57,152 nucleotides of DNA from Conidiobolus incongruus B7586 (Eukaryota), in the NCBI GenBank assembly GCA_000697335.1, contig JNEM01012723.1, positions 1-57,152 on the forward strand, written 5' to 3'. The notes under the pieces are model-generated. The model had not been told where the DNA came from. It was given only the letters and a program-made list of their open reading frames with translations, and did not search any database. This document shows positions 13,876-26,299 of this stretch, in pieces. Within the stretch, counting starts at the first letter, position 1. Each line of letters starts with the position of its first letter. A program made the translations under genes and the position numbers.

Positions 13876-15309
13876 ATGACTAATCAAAACTGGGCACATG
13901 TTTTTGGTCTTAAGGAATTTACGCAGTATATAAATCGAAGAAGGCTCATTCGTTTGAGCACAACTTCTACAAGTATTCGAAACAAGATGAAACCAATCAT
14001 TTTCAGAACAATATTTTTGAATGAATATCCTTGTGGTGAGTTTCCTGAAAGACAATTCGAATGTAGTATTTTACAGTCTGATCATGAACCTGATAGTGAT
14101 TCAATTCCACCAAGTATGGGGAATTTCGAGTTGGATTCTGAAACTGGAAATCTAATCGAAAATTCAATAGACAGCCACGAACAAAATTTTGCAACAGTTG
14201 AAGAAAATATACCTCAATTAAATCATTCTAAATTTTCTGCGTTGGAATATAATATTCAGAAACTTCGGGAAGATTTAAAAATATACCAAATTCAGCCCCT
14301 TACATTGAGTGCTGGACCATTTGCAATTCACCATTATCTCATTGAAATTACTTCCACGTTCAACTTATTGAAGAATTTAAACATCTCTAATGCGACAATC
14401 TCTTTAGAGGCATTGTTACAAATACTATCATCTCTGACTAATTTACAATCACTATCTCTTGTTGGATCCAAGTTCATTCAATTTTCTAAAAACAAGATAT
14501 CCATCACCCAAATACAACTTCCCAAAACTCTTAAAAGACTACATTTTGAAAGCTGTTATATTTTAATATCTGAGCTTGCCGAGGACCCAAAGTTATTGGA
14601 CTACTATTACATTGAGACAGTTGATTGGGTAGACTTTATATTTCCCCCTCAATATTTACCACATCTCGTGAGTTTGATCTATAAACCTCATCCCGTAAGC
14701 TACCCAGCTGTTAAACATTTTTTAACATTAAACCCTCAGCTCAAATTTCTTAGTATTGAGCTTGATGATTTAAGTGATAGGAATGCTGACTTGGTTTCCA
14801 GTTTCATTAATTTAAAAGAAATAGAACTCTGCTTTAATGACCATTTTTCCATTGACCTAAATCGATATAGTATACCAGTGATAAACTCTCTCCAATCTTT
14901 GAAATTTCGAAATATTTCTCAGAATAGTATACCTCTATTGGAGAATTTATGCTCAACTTGCCCAAACCTTTTGGAACTGTGTTTATTTATTAGAGGTGGC
15001 AACTTGGATCTGATCGATTCCATGGTGCCCAACTCCATCAATCTAAAGCGTTTAACAATTATTCAGTATGTATTCTGTGATATTAAGGATTTAACCAAAA
15101 TGAATTTAAATAACGTTGAGCATCTTGTATTACAATGGAGCCATCTCAATTACCTTGATCTAACTCTTTTTGACAAGTTTCAAAATTTGAAGCAGATTAC
15201 AATTCGATATAAATCAGGGCATTTTGAGCCTAATGAAGATGATTATAAGGAATGCAATAACTGGAATTGTATTTTTTATCCTCAATCTGTACAATGCTAT
15301 AAAATCTAA
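13876..15309 (+). CDS. F-box-like/LRR protein 3, intronless, with acidic linker, 477 aa
   Basis: ATG at 13876 (MTNQNWAHVFGLKEFTQYINRRRLIRLSTTS). Acidic insert SDHEPDSDS...ELDSETG; PQYLPHL...FLTLNPQL; C-terminal NWNCIFYPQSVQCYKI. Confidence 0.85.
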   Translation: MTNQNWAHVFGLKEFTQYINRRRLIRLSTTSTSIRNKMKPIIFRTIFLNEYPCGEFPERQFECSILQSDHEPDSDSIPPSMGNFELDSETGNLIENSIDSHEQNFATVEENIPQLNHSKFSALEYNIQKLREDLKIYQIQPLTLSAGPFAIHHYLIEITSTFNLLKNLNISNATISLEALLQILSSLTNLQSLSLVGSKFIQFSKNKISITQIQLPKTLKRLHFESCYILISELAEDPKLLDYYYIETVDWVDFIFPPQYLPHLVSLIYKPHPVSYPAVKHFLTLNPQLKFLSIELDDLSDRNADLVSSFINLKEIELCFNDHFSIDLNRYSIPVINSLQSLKFRNISQNSIPLLENLCSTCPNLLELCLFIRGGNLDLIDSMVPNSINLKRLTIIQYVFCDIKDLTKMNLNNVEHLVLQWSHLNYLDLTLFDKFQNLKQITIRYKSGHFEPNEDDYKECNNWNCIFYPQSVQCYKI

Positions 15310-16069
15310 TATATTAATAATAAATTAACATTCATATTTTATTCATTTAATCGAATATTTTTGAATCTGGCGGTTTTAATTTGATAATATTATCTGACAT
15401 TGTTGGAATAAAAGGTCAAACATTTTTAATAAACAGTTGTAAAAATATAAATATGTGATAAATATGATTATATCTATAGAGCTATTTTTTAAAGATTGAT
15501 ATATTTGATTTTTAATTTAATTGTCATAGATGTTATGTAGATATAATGTATAATAATATTAAAGCAGGCTATATAGGTTTGTTAAGATATAATAACTATT
15601 TTGAAATATAATAACATTAAATGAATACTCCAATTTTAACATAATTATTAATTTTTATCTAATAAATCTTTATTAAATTATTAAAATATTGAAATTTATA
15701 TATCAGATTTAATTATTAGCTTAATTATTTTAATTATAAAGTTCATTAAAATCAAAAGATTTAAAATATCATTGATTTTTGAATTGAAAAGATTACAAGC
15801 TTTATAAATCCCATAAAGTCATAATATCAAATATAGTATATCATATTAAATTATAATTAAATTTATTAATTTTTATTTATATTATTTATTTTGAACAAAT
15901 CCAACAAATGATTAATTAAAATGATCATTTAATAATTTAAATAATATTATACAAATAAAGATAAATACTTGAAATTCTAATTTTTCAAATTTTGAATTAG
16001 TTTAAAATATAAATTATATAAAAAAACTAATTTTTATATATATCATTATTTATTTATTAAAATATTTTT

Positions 16070-16620
16070 ATATAGTATTTTATTGCTATATAAAGTTATA
16101 TTTAAAATAGTAAATATAAAAAGTCTTTATTTATGAATTATAAAAAATTAATCATAAGCCTTATTAATAAATCAAGATGTATAAATGATTTACCAAAATA
16201 AAGCTTTATTTAAAATCACCATTTATCACCAATTTTGTTATTTAAAAGCTAGAAATGATATTATTTAAAGTTTATTATAATTCAAAAGAATAATTTTATT
16301 AATGTTATTTTACTTATTAATGAAATAGAGTATCATATTAAAACATATATTTCTTTGGCTGGAATATTATTTAAAAAAATTTAAATCTAATTATTTAATT
16401 ATCATATAAATATTTCAGTAAAGACTTAGATTAAAATAAATATAAAATAAATAACTTATAATTTAAGAAAAATTTATTAAAAACCAAAGTAACTATAGCT
16501 AAAAATATTAATTAATATAATAAATCATTATAATAAATATATCCTAAACTCTCTTATATAATTTATTATTTGTAAATAAAATAAAGTATCAGGTTAAGTT
16601 AAAATCACCCTGGTTATAGA
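16070..16620 (+). mobile_element. Truncated mutated mariner relic, copy E (5' half)
   Basis: 'aaaatcaccatttatcacc...tttaaaagctagaaatgata', 'aaagtaactatagctaaa' and 'aggttaagttaaaatc' match the N-terminal half of copy A (reverse complement of ~26810-27330). Confidence 0.65.
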
Positions 16621-17569
16621 TTTTAGTTAATAAATATTATATATATTATTTAATATTAATTTTTGTTGACTTTTTAAGTCGAGTCTTGGTTAGAGGGGAT
16701 TATTCATATTTTGGATCTCTGGTTTACCTTGCTTTTCTATAAATCATAGTTATAATAAATTTATATTTTTATTAATTTCAGAATAAACTAATAGACAAAA
16801 TTCTCATATGGATTAGTAACAAAATACATTTTTTACTTTTATTTCCAAGAACAAAATAAAAAGAAACTTTTCTTTTTTTTCTTTAGAGAGATCCAAATTC
16901 TCTTTTTATATAAATGTCAAATTCTCATGATTTCTCAAATAAGATTGAAATGAATAGATCCTTAATAGTAAAATTATAAGATAGTAAAATAGTAAAGTGG
17001 CTGATTAACTCCATTTTTAGCCAATAACTTGATAATTTTTATAATAAATATATTAATATATAACTTTATTATTTAGCTTTTAAAAATAAATCAAGTAATA
17101 ATAAATTTTATATTGGTTTTTTTAATAAAACAGTCTACATTTGTTTAATTTATTATAAAATATTAATAATAATTATTAAATACTTAAAATTAAAATAATA
17201 AAGAATATTCTATATACAAAAAATTAGAGAATTTAACATATATAATATATTCATTAAATCATAGCTCATATGATTATAAATATATTTTGATAATTAAAAA
17301 TTATACTTATAATCAGAAAACTTTAAAAAAATATAATTGGTTTATTAATATTAAATTTTATTTTTAAATTAAAATATACTATTTTTCGAGTATTAAAAGC
17401 TTATTAAAAATATAACAAATAGCTATTAAAAATAAAAAAAAACATTAAATTTATATAATTTATTTGTTATTGTATATCCTAGATAAAAATTATATTTAAT
17501 TTGGATTTAAAATTTTGGGATTATTTGATGTATTAATATTATCCAAAATCACAATTTAAGTTTTAACTT

Positions 17570-18950
17570 AATGGGGTTTACACAATGTATAAATCAATGG
17601 AGGTAAATTTGATAAAAACTGAACCTCCAAGAATATACATACAAAGTGAAAAACTGTGATATTTGGAATCCTTCAATTGATTAAATAATCCCATTGAGAT
17701 ATTCATAAGTTACAAGTGCTTTGTTGGGTAATTAGAAATGATGTTGAACCTGATACTGATTTAATTGAGCCTAGTGAGGCAAGTTTCTACTTGAATTGAT
17801 GACGTCAATCATAGTGAGAAAAGTTTTATGATAATCCACATAAAGACCTCAGGATTGAAGATTCTGTATCTGAGCCAAGTACTTCCAAAGATGATGATCT
17901 ATTAGTTAAACTTAATTTTAAGAAGATTTGGGGTTATTTTAAGCTCAACATTTCCCTCTATTTCCTGAGAAATATGTTAGTCACCATCGTAACCCTGAGT
18001 TTAATACCAAGCACAGTTTTTCAAGAAGCTGTGTATTTCAAAAGCAACAACTCTATTCAGCGTCATATATTGAAATAATTTTTTTAAATTATAATTTGAA
18101 ATAAAACTGCATTCAATGAAACTCTTTTCTTATATTTTATAATAATCGAGTATCAGCAATAAGCATAACCCTTCCCAAAGCTTTGGAAACCTTACAATTG
18201 AAATATTTCTCTGTTCTCTTGTTTAATTTTGAATAAAATGCCGTGTAACTACATTAATGTTATGCGAATATAAGTAGTTCCGGAAACTTTGCTTCCCTTA
18301 ACATATTTCATTTATAACAAGTTTGGCTTATAAGCCTTATCATGTCATTCAATCCATAGTTCAACAATTTTTCACTATTAGTCCACAGTTAAGCTCCTTT
18401 AATCCAGATTTTAACCATAATCACAAACAAAACCCAGAATTGATTCAAAATTCTAGCCATATTAATGATATTAATCTTTGTTTCAAACTTATTATCTCGG
18501 TCAAAATATAACAATATACAATACTCAAATTGAAATTGGTGGAGATATTGAAATTTCAAGGTACTTCATTGGGAACTTACCAGCTCATCCCAAATCTAGA
18601 TCTACCTTGCCCAAATCTTGTAGAATTAAGCTCATTCATTACAGTTAACAATTTGGATTACATCAATTCCATGGCTTCAAAACCGATACATTTAACAAGC
18701 TTAATAGACGTTCCATTTGCTTATTGCTAAATTTCCAATTATGAAGCACTTTATTTATATAAAGTTTATAATCACATATTATAGTTTCGCAAGCTTAGTA
18801 TTTTGGACCTGTCTTACACAAGTATTCAAACTTGAGGCAAATCTAAATTCGATTTAAAAAATTTTACCCTAACGATGAGGGTGATACCGAATTTCAGAAT
18901 TGAAAGTGATTTTTGCAACAATATATCCCATTCTACCAAATTTAACTTTA
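17570..18950 (+). pseudogene. F-box/LRR pseudogene (P2), decayed duplicate of gene 3
   Basis: 'gaacctgatactgatttaatt' (~17746) matches the gene-3 acidic linker (gaacctgatagtgattcaatt). ORF fragments AYKPYHV...QQFFTISPQL and CPNLVELSSFI parallel gene 3. Frameshifts and stops. Confidence 0.75.
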
Positions 18951-19249
18951 TGGATGCTTTACATTTGAGTAAAATAATTTTTAATATAATAATATGATTA
19001 GTAGTTTGGAATATAACAATTTCTCGAGTATGTTTTATATCCTTAGTGTGAAAATAAATATTAATAAGTATTTCATATATATCAGGATAAATTGATTAAT
19101 ACTAAAAACACATGTAAAACAAAAAATAATAATGTATATTAAATCTCATTCCGTAATTAATTTTTATAATTAAATATAAAATCATCAATTGAGTCATCTC
19201 TTTAACGAAAATTTTAATCTATTAAATACCTTAATTACTCATTCAAAAT

Positions 19250-20622
19250 TCTTATTTTACAATTTGATAATAATTTGAATACTAGCAATGTAAAAGATTT
19301 TGGTTTAAAGTTATATAAATTTATATATTATATCAATCTAGGAGAATAAGTTAAATTAAGCAAGATTTGTGAATTATTTTACTCATATAATGTTTCAAAG
19401 TGTATGCTTGAATAAAGATCCAGCTTATAATATAAAGAAAGTTACTGAAAACTATTATGATCATTATCAAAATCAAAATTTACTACATCAGCACCAAATA
19501 TACCGTAATTTCGATCAACTATTCTTAAGTCAATGCCCTGGTAAGATGTTCTAAAAGAAAGTTTTTTTTATCTTTCAAATTCAATTTAAATTGATTGATG
19601 AGTTTCAGAGTTATTTACATTTATATAATCCCTACTTAATCAATCTAAAACTTAGACAGAGATGAAAGATCTTTTTGAATTATTTGGATACAATTGAAAA
19701 AACTCAACTCATATACCTATATTGATTAATATACTTTCTTAACCACCATCATATCTGTAGCTACTGCATGGTCTTTCTCATTACACCATATTGATACTGT
19801 ACATGCCTCTATAGATTAATTTTCGATGGAAGAGCTAACACTCCCAAACTCGATAAAAAATTCCACTTCGAAAGCTGCTTCGTCTTTGGTGAACTTGATC
19901 TGGATTTAATCACCAATAGCCATGATCATTTGTTGGAATATCCAGACCTAATTTAGTATTTCTAAATTTATATTTCACATTAGAGAATCACTCAATAAAG
20001 TTCGCAGTTTTAATACACAAATAATTTGTGAATTTTTACCTGTTAACTCTCATATTGAGATGCTTGACACTTTTTATACACTCGCTAGTGAAAAATATAT
20101 ACTCGTCGAATCTTGCAAACAATTAAAAAATTTGATTTTTGATTTACATGCATTTCCCTTTCATCCTGTAACCCAGTTGAAATTTCCCACTCAATTCCAT
20201 ATCAATATATTTAAGCTTAATAAACATTATCCACAGCATGTTCCTTATATAAAGGAACTATATTTAGCCTGTGCCAATTCACAAAAACTGCAATTTGAGT
20301 ATATTGATGGATGAATGCAATTTTCAATTCGTTCTTTCCAAGTTACAATTCATGAAATTTTTAACTCTTAACAAGAAAGGATCGATCAGCTTTTTCATTT
20401 TTCATCTCAGCGACCATTCAAAGTTGGAGCGTATCGAACTTCAAGAATTGTGTATTAGAGGTATCAATTTAGTCTGATTTGAGAACTTGGCAGATTTAAA
20501 TCATATAAAACTGTGAAATCTTACATGGACTCCGATACAGCTCAATATCCTACCATTTTGAAGAAGATTAATAAGTGGAATTAAATAGTTTGACATGAAT
20601 CCATATATTATTATATAATTGA
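19250..20622 (+). pseudogene. F-box/LRR pseudogene (P3)
   Basis: Fragments FQSVCLNKDPAY, ESCKQLKNL, LYLACAN, FHLSDHSKLERIEL. Donor GTAAGA at 19541; C-terminal HESIYYYII* remnant. Multiple frameshifts. Confidence 0.75.
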
Positions 20623-21917
20623 AATAAGGATAATAACTTATATCCTCAATGTATAATTATAAATATTTTCTATTATCTCCAAATATATATTATTTTATTG
20701 ATTTTTCGTCCTTTCATTGTATATATAATAATTTTTTCTTATATATATACTCTTTTCAATTGATAATTATTTCAAAATTCAACTTTGAAATCGAATTAAC
20801 TTTTTAATGTATGTCAAATGATGTAATTATTTGAACTTTATTAACTGAAAATTTAAATTTCTGAAATATATTTGAATTTTTAAATCAGACAATATTAACA
20901 TAGTTTTTGATTAATATAATATATTTATTAATTCAATGCCAATACCTTATTGCTATACTAACTATATCGCTTCAAAGGTCTAAGGCAAATAATAGAAGAC
21001 TGACTTTTTTTAAAATATAACAAGATATTTACATATATTAATAGGAAACTACACAATTACACTTATTTTAATTGGACTTATATTCTAAATTATGAATATT
21101 GGATTAATACACCAAATTAATAAACTATATTAGGATTTGTTTGGTGATATAATAGAACTATTTTAGTTCCAATGTGAATATATTATTTTACAGTAAAGGA
21201 TAAATCGTTTTACGATCTTTCTAAAGCTTACTGGGATACAATCAATCCATAATATTTTGAACAATGAAAGAAATAGGTTATCGAATGGAAAAGGCAATGA
21301 TTATTCCTTGAAAAAACTTGTTTAAATTAATATTTTGTTAATAAATTAATGATAATTAATTATTAATAGTGTATAGCTACAAATGCTCTATCTTTATTCT
21401 CGTTTTATTATTTATAATTGAAATATCTTACAAAATTTTTATTAGCATAAAATTTAAAAAAAGTTTATTTGGGCTTATTTTGAATATAGTTATTTTAATC
21501 AATTTAACTAAATACAATATATTTCATGGATATTTTTGAATATATTAAGAAATTATCATTTATATTTTAACTTGTTTTCGGATTATTATTTTATTTTTTC
21601 AACAATCAAGTTCGGGTATTTCAATTATCTCTAAAAAATTTACGAAGCATTGATTGAGATTAAAAATAGCACTGTATAATAAAAATATATATTCTGAAAA
21701 ATTTTAATTTATTGAAGACAATTTCGTGATAGTAATTGCAACTTTAAATATTTTTAAAATAGTTGATGTACCTTCCGAAGAGAAGATGTTGAGAACCTGG
21801 AGTTGTTCACAATACCTCTGAGAGATTCAAATAAAGAACATTGGATACACATAATGATAATGAATAATCTTGTTTGAATGGTTCTTAACGCCACATTTTA
21901 ACTAAAAAATATTTAAT

Positions 21918-21973
21918 ATCCCATATTTTCGATTTCCAAAACAGAATATATAATGATTCATAATTCAAGTCAC
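21918..21973 (+). promoter_or_regulatory. Bipartite upstream motif ATCCCATA(21918)...AGTCAC(21968)
   Basis: Recurrent motif pair; AGTCAC 64 nt before ATG 22032. Confidence 0.6.
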
Positions 21974-22031
21974 TGATTCTTAACAAATTCGAATTAATAT
22001 TTTGTATCTAACATTAAGCTATCGAATTAAA

Positions 22032-23484
22032 ATGTCCACGCTACAAACTAATAATTTCACCAATATCGAACAGAATCATGAAGATTGGTCACTGTTATTA
22101 AAATTAAAAGTATTTTTATGCTATTTAGATCAAGACGACTTGATCACATTGAGCAGTATTTGTAAATCTTTTAGAAATCAATTATTTCCTCTAATATTTC
22201 AAAGTATATACATTGTTCATGATGCAGAATATTCTTTGAAGAAAAGATTAATACGAAACAGTAATGATTATGCTAATAAGGATAGGGGTCAATTGAATCA
22301 ATTATATACCAAATATTTATTTGATTATATCACCCAAAAAAATAGTAAGGATTTTTTATTGTCTATTGTACAAACACACACATATATATATTCATATTTA
22401 TCTTCGATTTTTAGGTGCAAACGGTCAATTGAAAGAATTTCAAAGCTATTTACCAAGGTTCAAGCCATATTTTATTAATTTCACAATTAGACAAAAAGAT
22501 AATGATTGTTTAAAAAATATTCATCATTTCAAACAATTGAAAAGCTTACAATTATATCACGTGCATATTGACCGAGACTCATTCTTATCACTATTCACCT
22601 CTCTGGATACATTAGCAATACTTAAATTACACGATGTGTATATTATACAATCTCTAGACTATCAAATACCTTTTCCGGGGATCAACCTTACAAAATCAAT
22701 AAGAAGCCTTGATATTACAAATTGCTACTTGTTATCTGAGCAAGACTCTAGTTCAATGTTAAGTGATTACGATTGCATTTCGAGTATATCTAAGTGCAAT
22801 ACGTTTGAATTTTATCCACAATATCTACCGCATCTTAGTGAGTTGACTTATAAAACCTTTCATTACAATAATTCGATCATATCTGAGTTTTTATTTCTCA
22901 ATCCTCACATTCTGTCTATTAATACATCCTTGAATGAGGTTAACTCAAACCATATACGGTTCCTTGAAGCTTGCAAACAATTGAAGCGTCTATCATTAGA
23001 ATGTCGTAGCACTTGTTACGAAGATTTATCTTTGTATCACTTTCCAATTCTCCCAAACCTGCAATCAGTCAAATTTACAATACTTCGTCAAAGCCACTTT
23101 GTATATTTTGAAAAGTTATGCTTATCCTCCCCCAATCTAATCGAGCTAAGTTTTGAGTATAGTGACCAATGGATGGTATCATTTCGATCACTCTTTCCCA
23201 AATTATCCAATCTCAGCCGTTTGATAGTAAATAAGGTAGCACCGTCTCATTCGTTTAATTTCCATCTTAGCGATCATCCTAAATTGGAGTATATTAAACT
23301 TGATGGATTTAATGCCAATGAAATAGATTTAACTCAATTTGGATGTTTGACCAAATTGAAGCATATCAATATTGTTAAACATTATAAGGACCCCAATATC
23401 AATTTTTATCATAGTATATTAAAGCGATTCACTAATTGGAATTGTTTGGTTTGGAGAGAATCCGTCCATTGTTATAGAGTTTGA
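22032..23484 (+). CDS. F-box-like/LRR protein 4; join(22032..22344,22415..23484), 460 aa
   Basis: 70-nt phase-1 intron 22345..22414 (GTAAGG...TTAG) joins two overlapping ORFs in frame. F-box-like FLCYLDQDDLITLSSICKSFR, LRRs, C-terminal NWNCLVWRESVHCYRV. Confidence 0.9.
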
Positions 23485-24046
23485 ACTCAGCCTACTAATA
23501 TTTTACATTTATAAAGGTTTATTAAATGTATTCAAAAGAGCTTAAATAAATTTAAATACTTTTAACATCCTCAGGTTTGAATTTTACTTAATATTGTAAT
23601 ATATTAAATGTTTCATTATCAGTTTGATCATATATTTAGGTATTTTTATACGATATTTAGATATCATATTAGATATATCATTTCTATATTCAATGGCATA
23701 ATACATTAACATTTATAAGCAATATAAAATTTCAAACTAAATATTACTTAATTATTAAAGTAGTTTAATTAAATAAAATAGAAATAATTTCAGATCTATA
23801 TTTATCAATTTTTTCGAGTTAAAGTTGAAAATCTCTTCATAGTCTTATTGTTAAATTATTCTTCAAAAAGATACCAATTACCAGATTCCATACATTTTCC
23901 AAAAGAAGAAGATATTTAATTGTGATTATTATAATAAAATAAAACATATTCATTTATTGGACATATAAGACATTGAAATGTACGATTGAAACAAATTATA
24001 TTTCTTCATTGTTTTGATTCAATTACCAAGAAATGCTTTCAATTTA

Positions 24047-24097
24047 ATCCCACAAATATGGAATTTCAAATTAATGAAAATAAAAAATGAAAGTCAC
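24047..24097 (+). promoter_or_regulatory. Bipartite upstream motif ATCCCACA(24047)...AGTCAC(24092)
   Basis: Recurrent motif pair; AGTCAC 80 nt before ATG 24172. Confidence 0.6.
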
Positions 24098-24171
24098 CAT
24101 TTCCTATTAATTTTACAAATTGATTATATAATTAATCATTAGAGATTTTCTATCAGAATTTTATCAATATA

Positions 24172-25609
24172 ATGTCCACAGCTAAAAACCCAGTTCATTT
24201 ACAGAGTGTATATAATACGGAATTCTGGTCATTTTTATTAAAATTAGATGAATTTTTATGTTATTTTAATCAAGAAGATTTAGTTAAATTAAGTATAATA
24301 TCCAAGTTATTTCGATATATATTATCTCCTAAAATTTTCCAAAGTGTTTATTTCAATAACGATCCTGAATATACTTTTAACAGGCAAAAAGAGAAGAATT
24401 ATAGTCAATATGTTAATATGAGTCAGAATCAATTGGATAATTTATTTAGCTCATTCTACCGCCAATTCAGAGATGAGAAAAAAGGTAAATTATATTTACA
24501 ATAATATATTGAAAATATCTACTCATCTATAAACTTTAGAAATAAAAATACAAATTGAAGAATTTCAAAGATATTTTCCATTGTTCCAACCTCATTTAAT
24601 TAATATGACCATTAGACAAAGAGATAAGCATTTTTTGCACCATATTCACTATTTTACACAATTGAAAAATTTAGAGTTGTATCACGTCTGGATAAGGAAA
24701 GACCCTTTCTTGGCACTCTTCACATCTCTGACATGTTTGAAATCGCTGACATTAGTCCATTGTAAAATTATTCAATATTCGGATGATCCAATAAATATTC
24801 AAGATATAATCTTGCCAAATTCTACTGAAAGCATTCATCTGGCACACTGTTGTTTAGTACCTGAATCTGATTCAGATATATTTGAAAATAGTCGTGATAG
24901 TCTTTTCAGTCTTTCTCGGTCCCGTACATTTAAATTTCATCCTCAATATCTACCTCACCTTCGCAATTTAACTTATAATGTGTTCAGTCATAGTAATTCC
25001 TTCACCTCAGAGTTTTTATCTCTCAATCCTCATCTCGAGTCTATTAATACTTACTTGATACAGATTAACTCAATACATATCCATTTACTCAAAGCTTGTT
25101 TAAATTTGAAATGTCTCAAATTAGAATGTCATACGATTTCAATACCAAACCTATCTCAGTATGAGTTTCCAACTCTTCCGAGCATTCAAGCATTTGAATT
25201 TTCAAAGCATAATCAAAATCATTTTCCATACTTTGAAAAGATTTGTTTATCTTGTCCAAATTTGAAGGAGCTAAAATTTGAGTATAATACCGAATGGATA
25301 CAATCTCTCAATTCCCTCCTCCCACGATTGACTCAACTTAAATCGCTGGTAATTAACCGAGAAACACATAGTAATTACTTCGTATTCCATCTCAGAGATC
25401 ATCCTACATTAGAGAAAGTTCAACTTGAAGGCTTCTATGCTAAAGAAATTGATTTAACTCAATTTGAAAATATATCTAATCTCAAGCATATTATAATTAT
25501 GAAATATTATAAAGATCCGCATGCCACTATATATGAAGCAATATTCAAGAAATTTTCTAAATGGACTTGTATTTTTGGTCACGAATCCATTCATTGTTAT
25601 AAAATATAA
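24172..25609 (+). CDS. F-box-like/LRR protein 5; join(24172..24484,24540..25609), 460 aa
   Basis: 55-nt phase-1 intron 24485..24539 (GTAAAT...TTAG); junction reads ...DEKK-E-IKIQIEEFQRYFP. Family motifs intact. Confidence 0.9.
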
Positions 25610-26299
25610 ATTCCATTTTTATAAATTTATTATCAATATTTTGAAACATGAGTTTATTTGAAAATATTAATATATTATATATAATTTGAGAAGCTGAATT
25701 TTTAAATTTATATATTATTTTGGATTTTATATATCACTTCCTTACTTTGAATATTCATATTATAGTAAATATATAAAATAAATTCTCCATTCAAAAATAA
25801 GAACTTATTTTTTAAAACTAAATATTCTAAATTTTATTGTTACTTGAGATAATAAGTATAAAAATGTATGTTACATATTAAACTCTCTAAACTTTATTAT
25901 TTAAAGGTTCAAAATTTATGGTTTAAAGCAAATATTAAAATACCCCAAATGTTAATTGAAAATTTTGAATAATTGATACTCAATTATAAGAATAAATATT
26001 AAATTAATATACATTTATAAATCATTAAGAAATTTTCAATATAAATATAACTATATATATTATTCATATACTTAAACATGTACCATGCTAATATTTCAAA
26101 ATTCATAATGACTTTTTTATAACCTAAATTTTAAAAAAAATCAATATTACCCTATGCTATTTAGTATTGATGAAATTGTCATTTGATGCCTAACCTTAGC
26201 CCTGAATTAAAATTTGAAATATTCACAACATTTATTAGTGTAGAAATTAAATAATGGCACAATTTTAAAATTAAAATTAAACAAATAAATTAATAAATA

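Noticed and set aside
13840..14194. Antisense or alternative-frame ORFs overlapping real genes (also 27682, 38256, 46110, 46228, 51550, 52167)
   Set aside because: Shadow ORFs of the genuine coding or pseudogene frames.
16660..17450. Sequence following mariner copy E, possibly a second nested element
   Set aside because: No recognisable transposase or RT motif and no second copy in the window.
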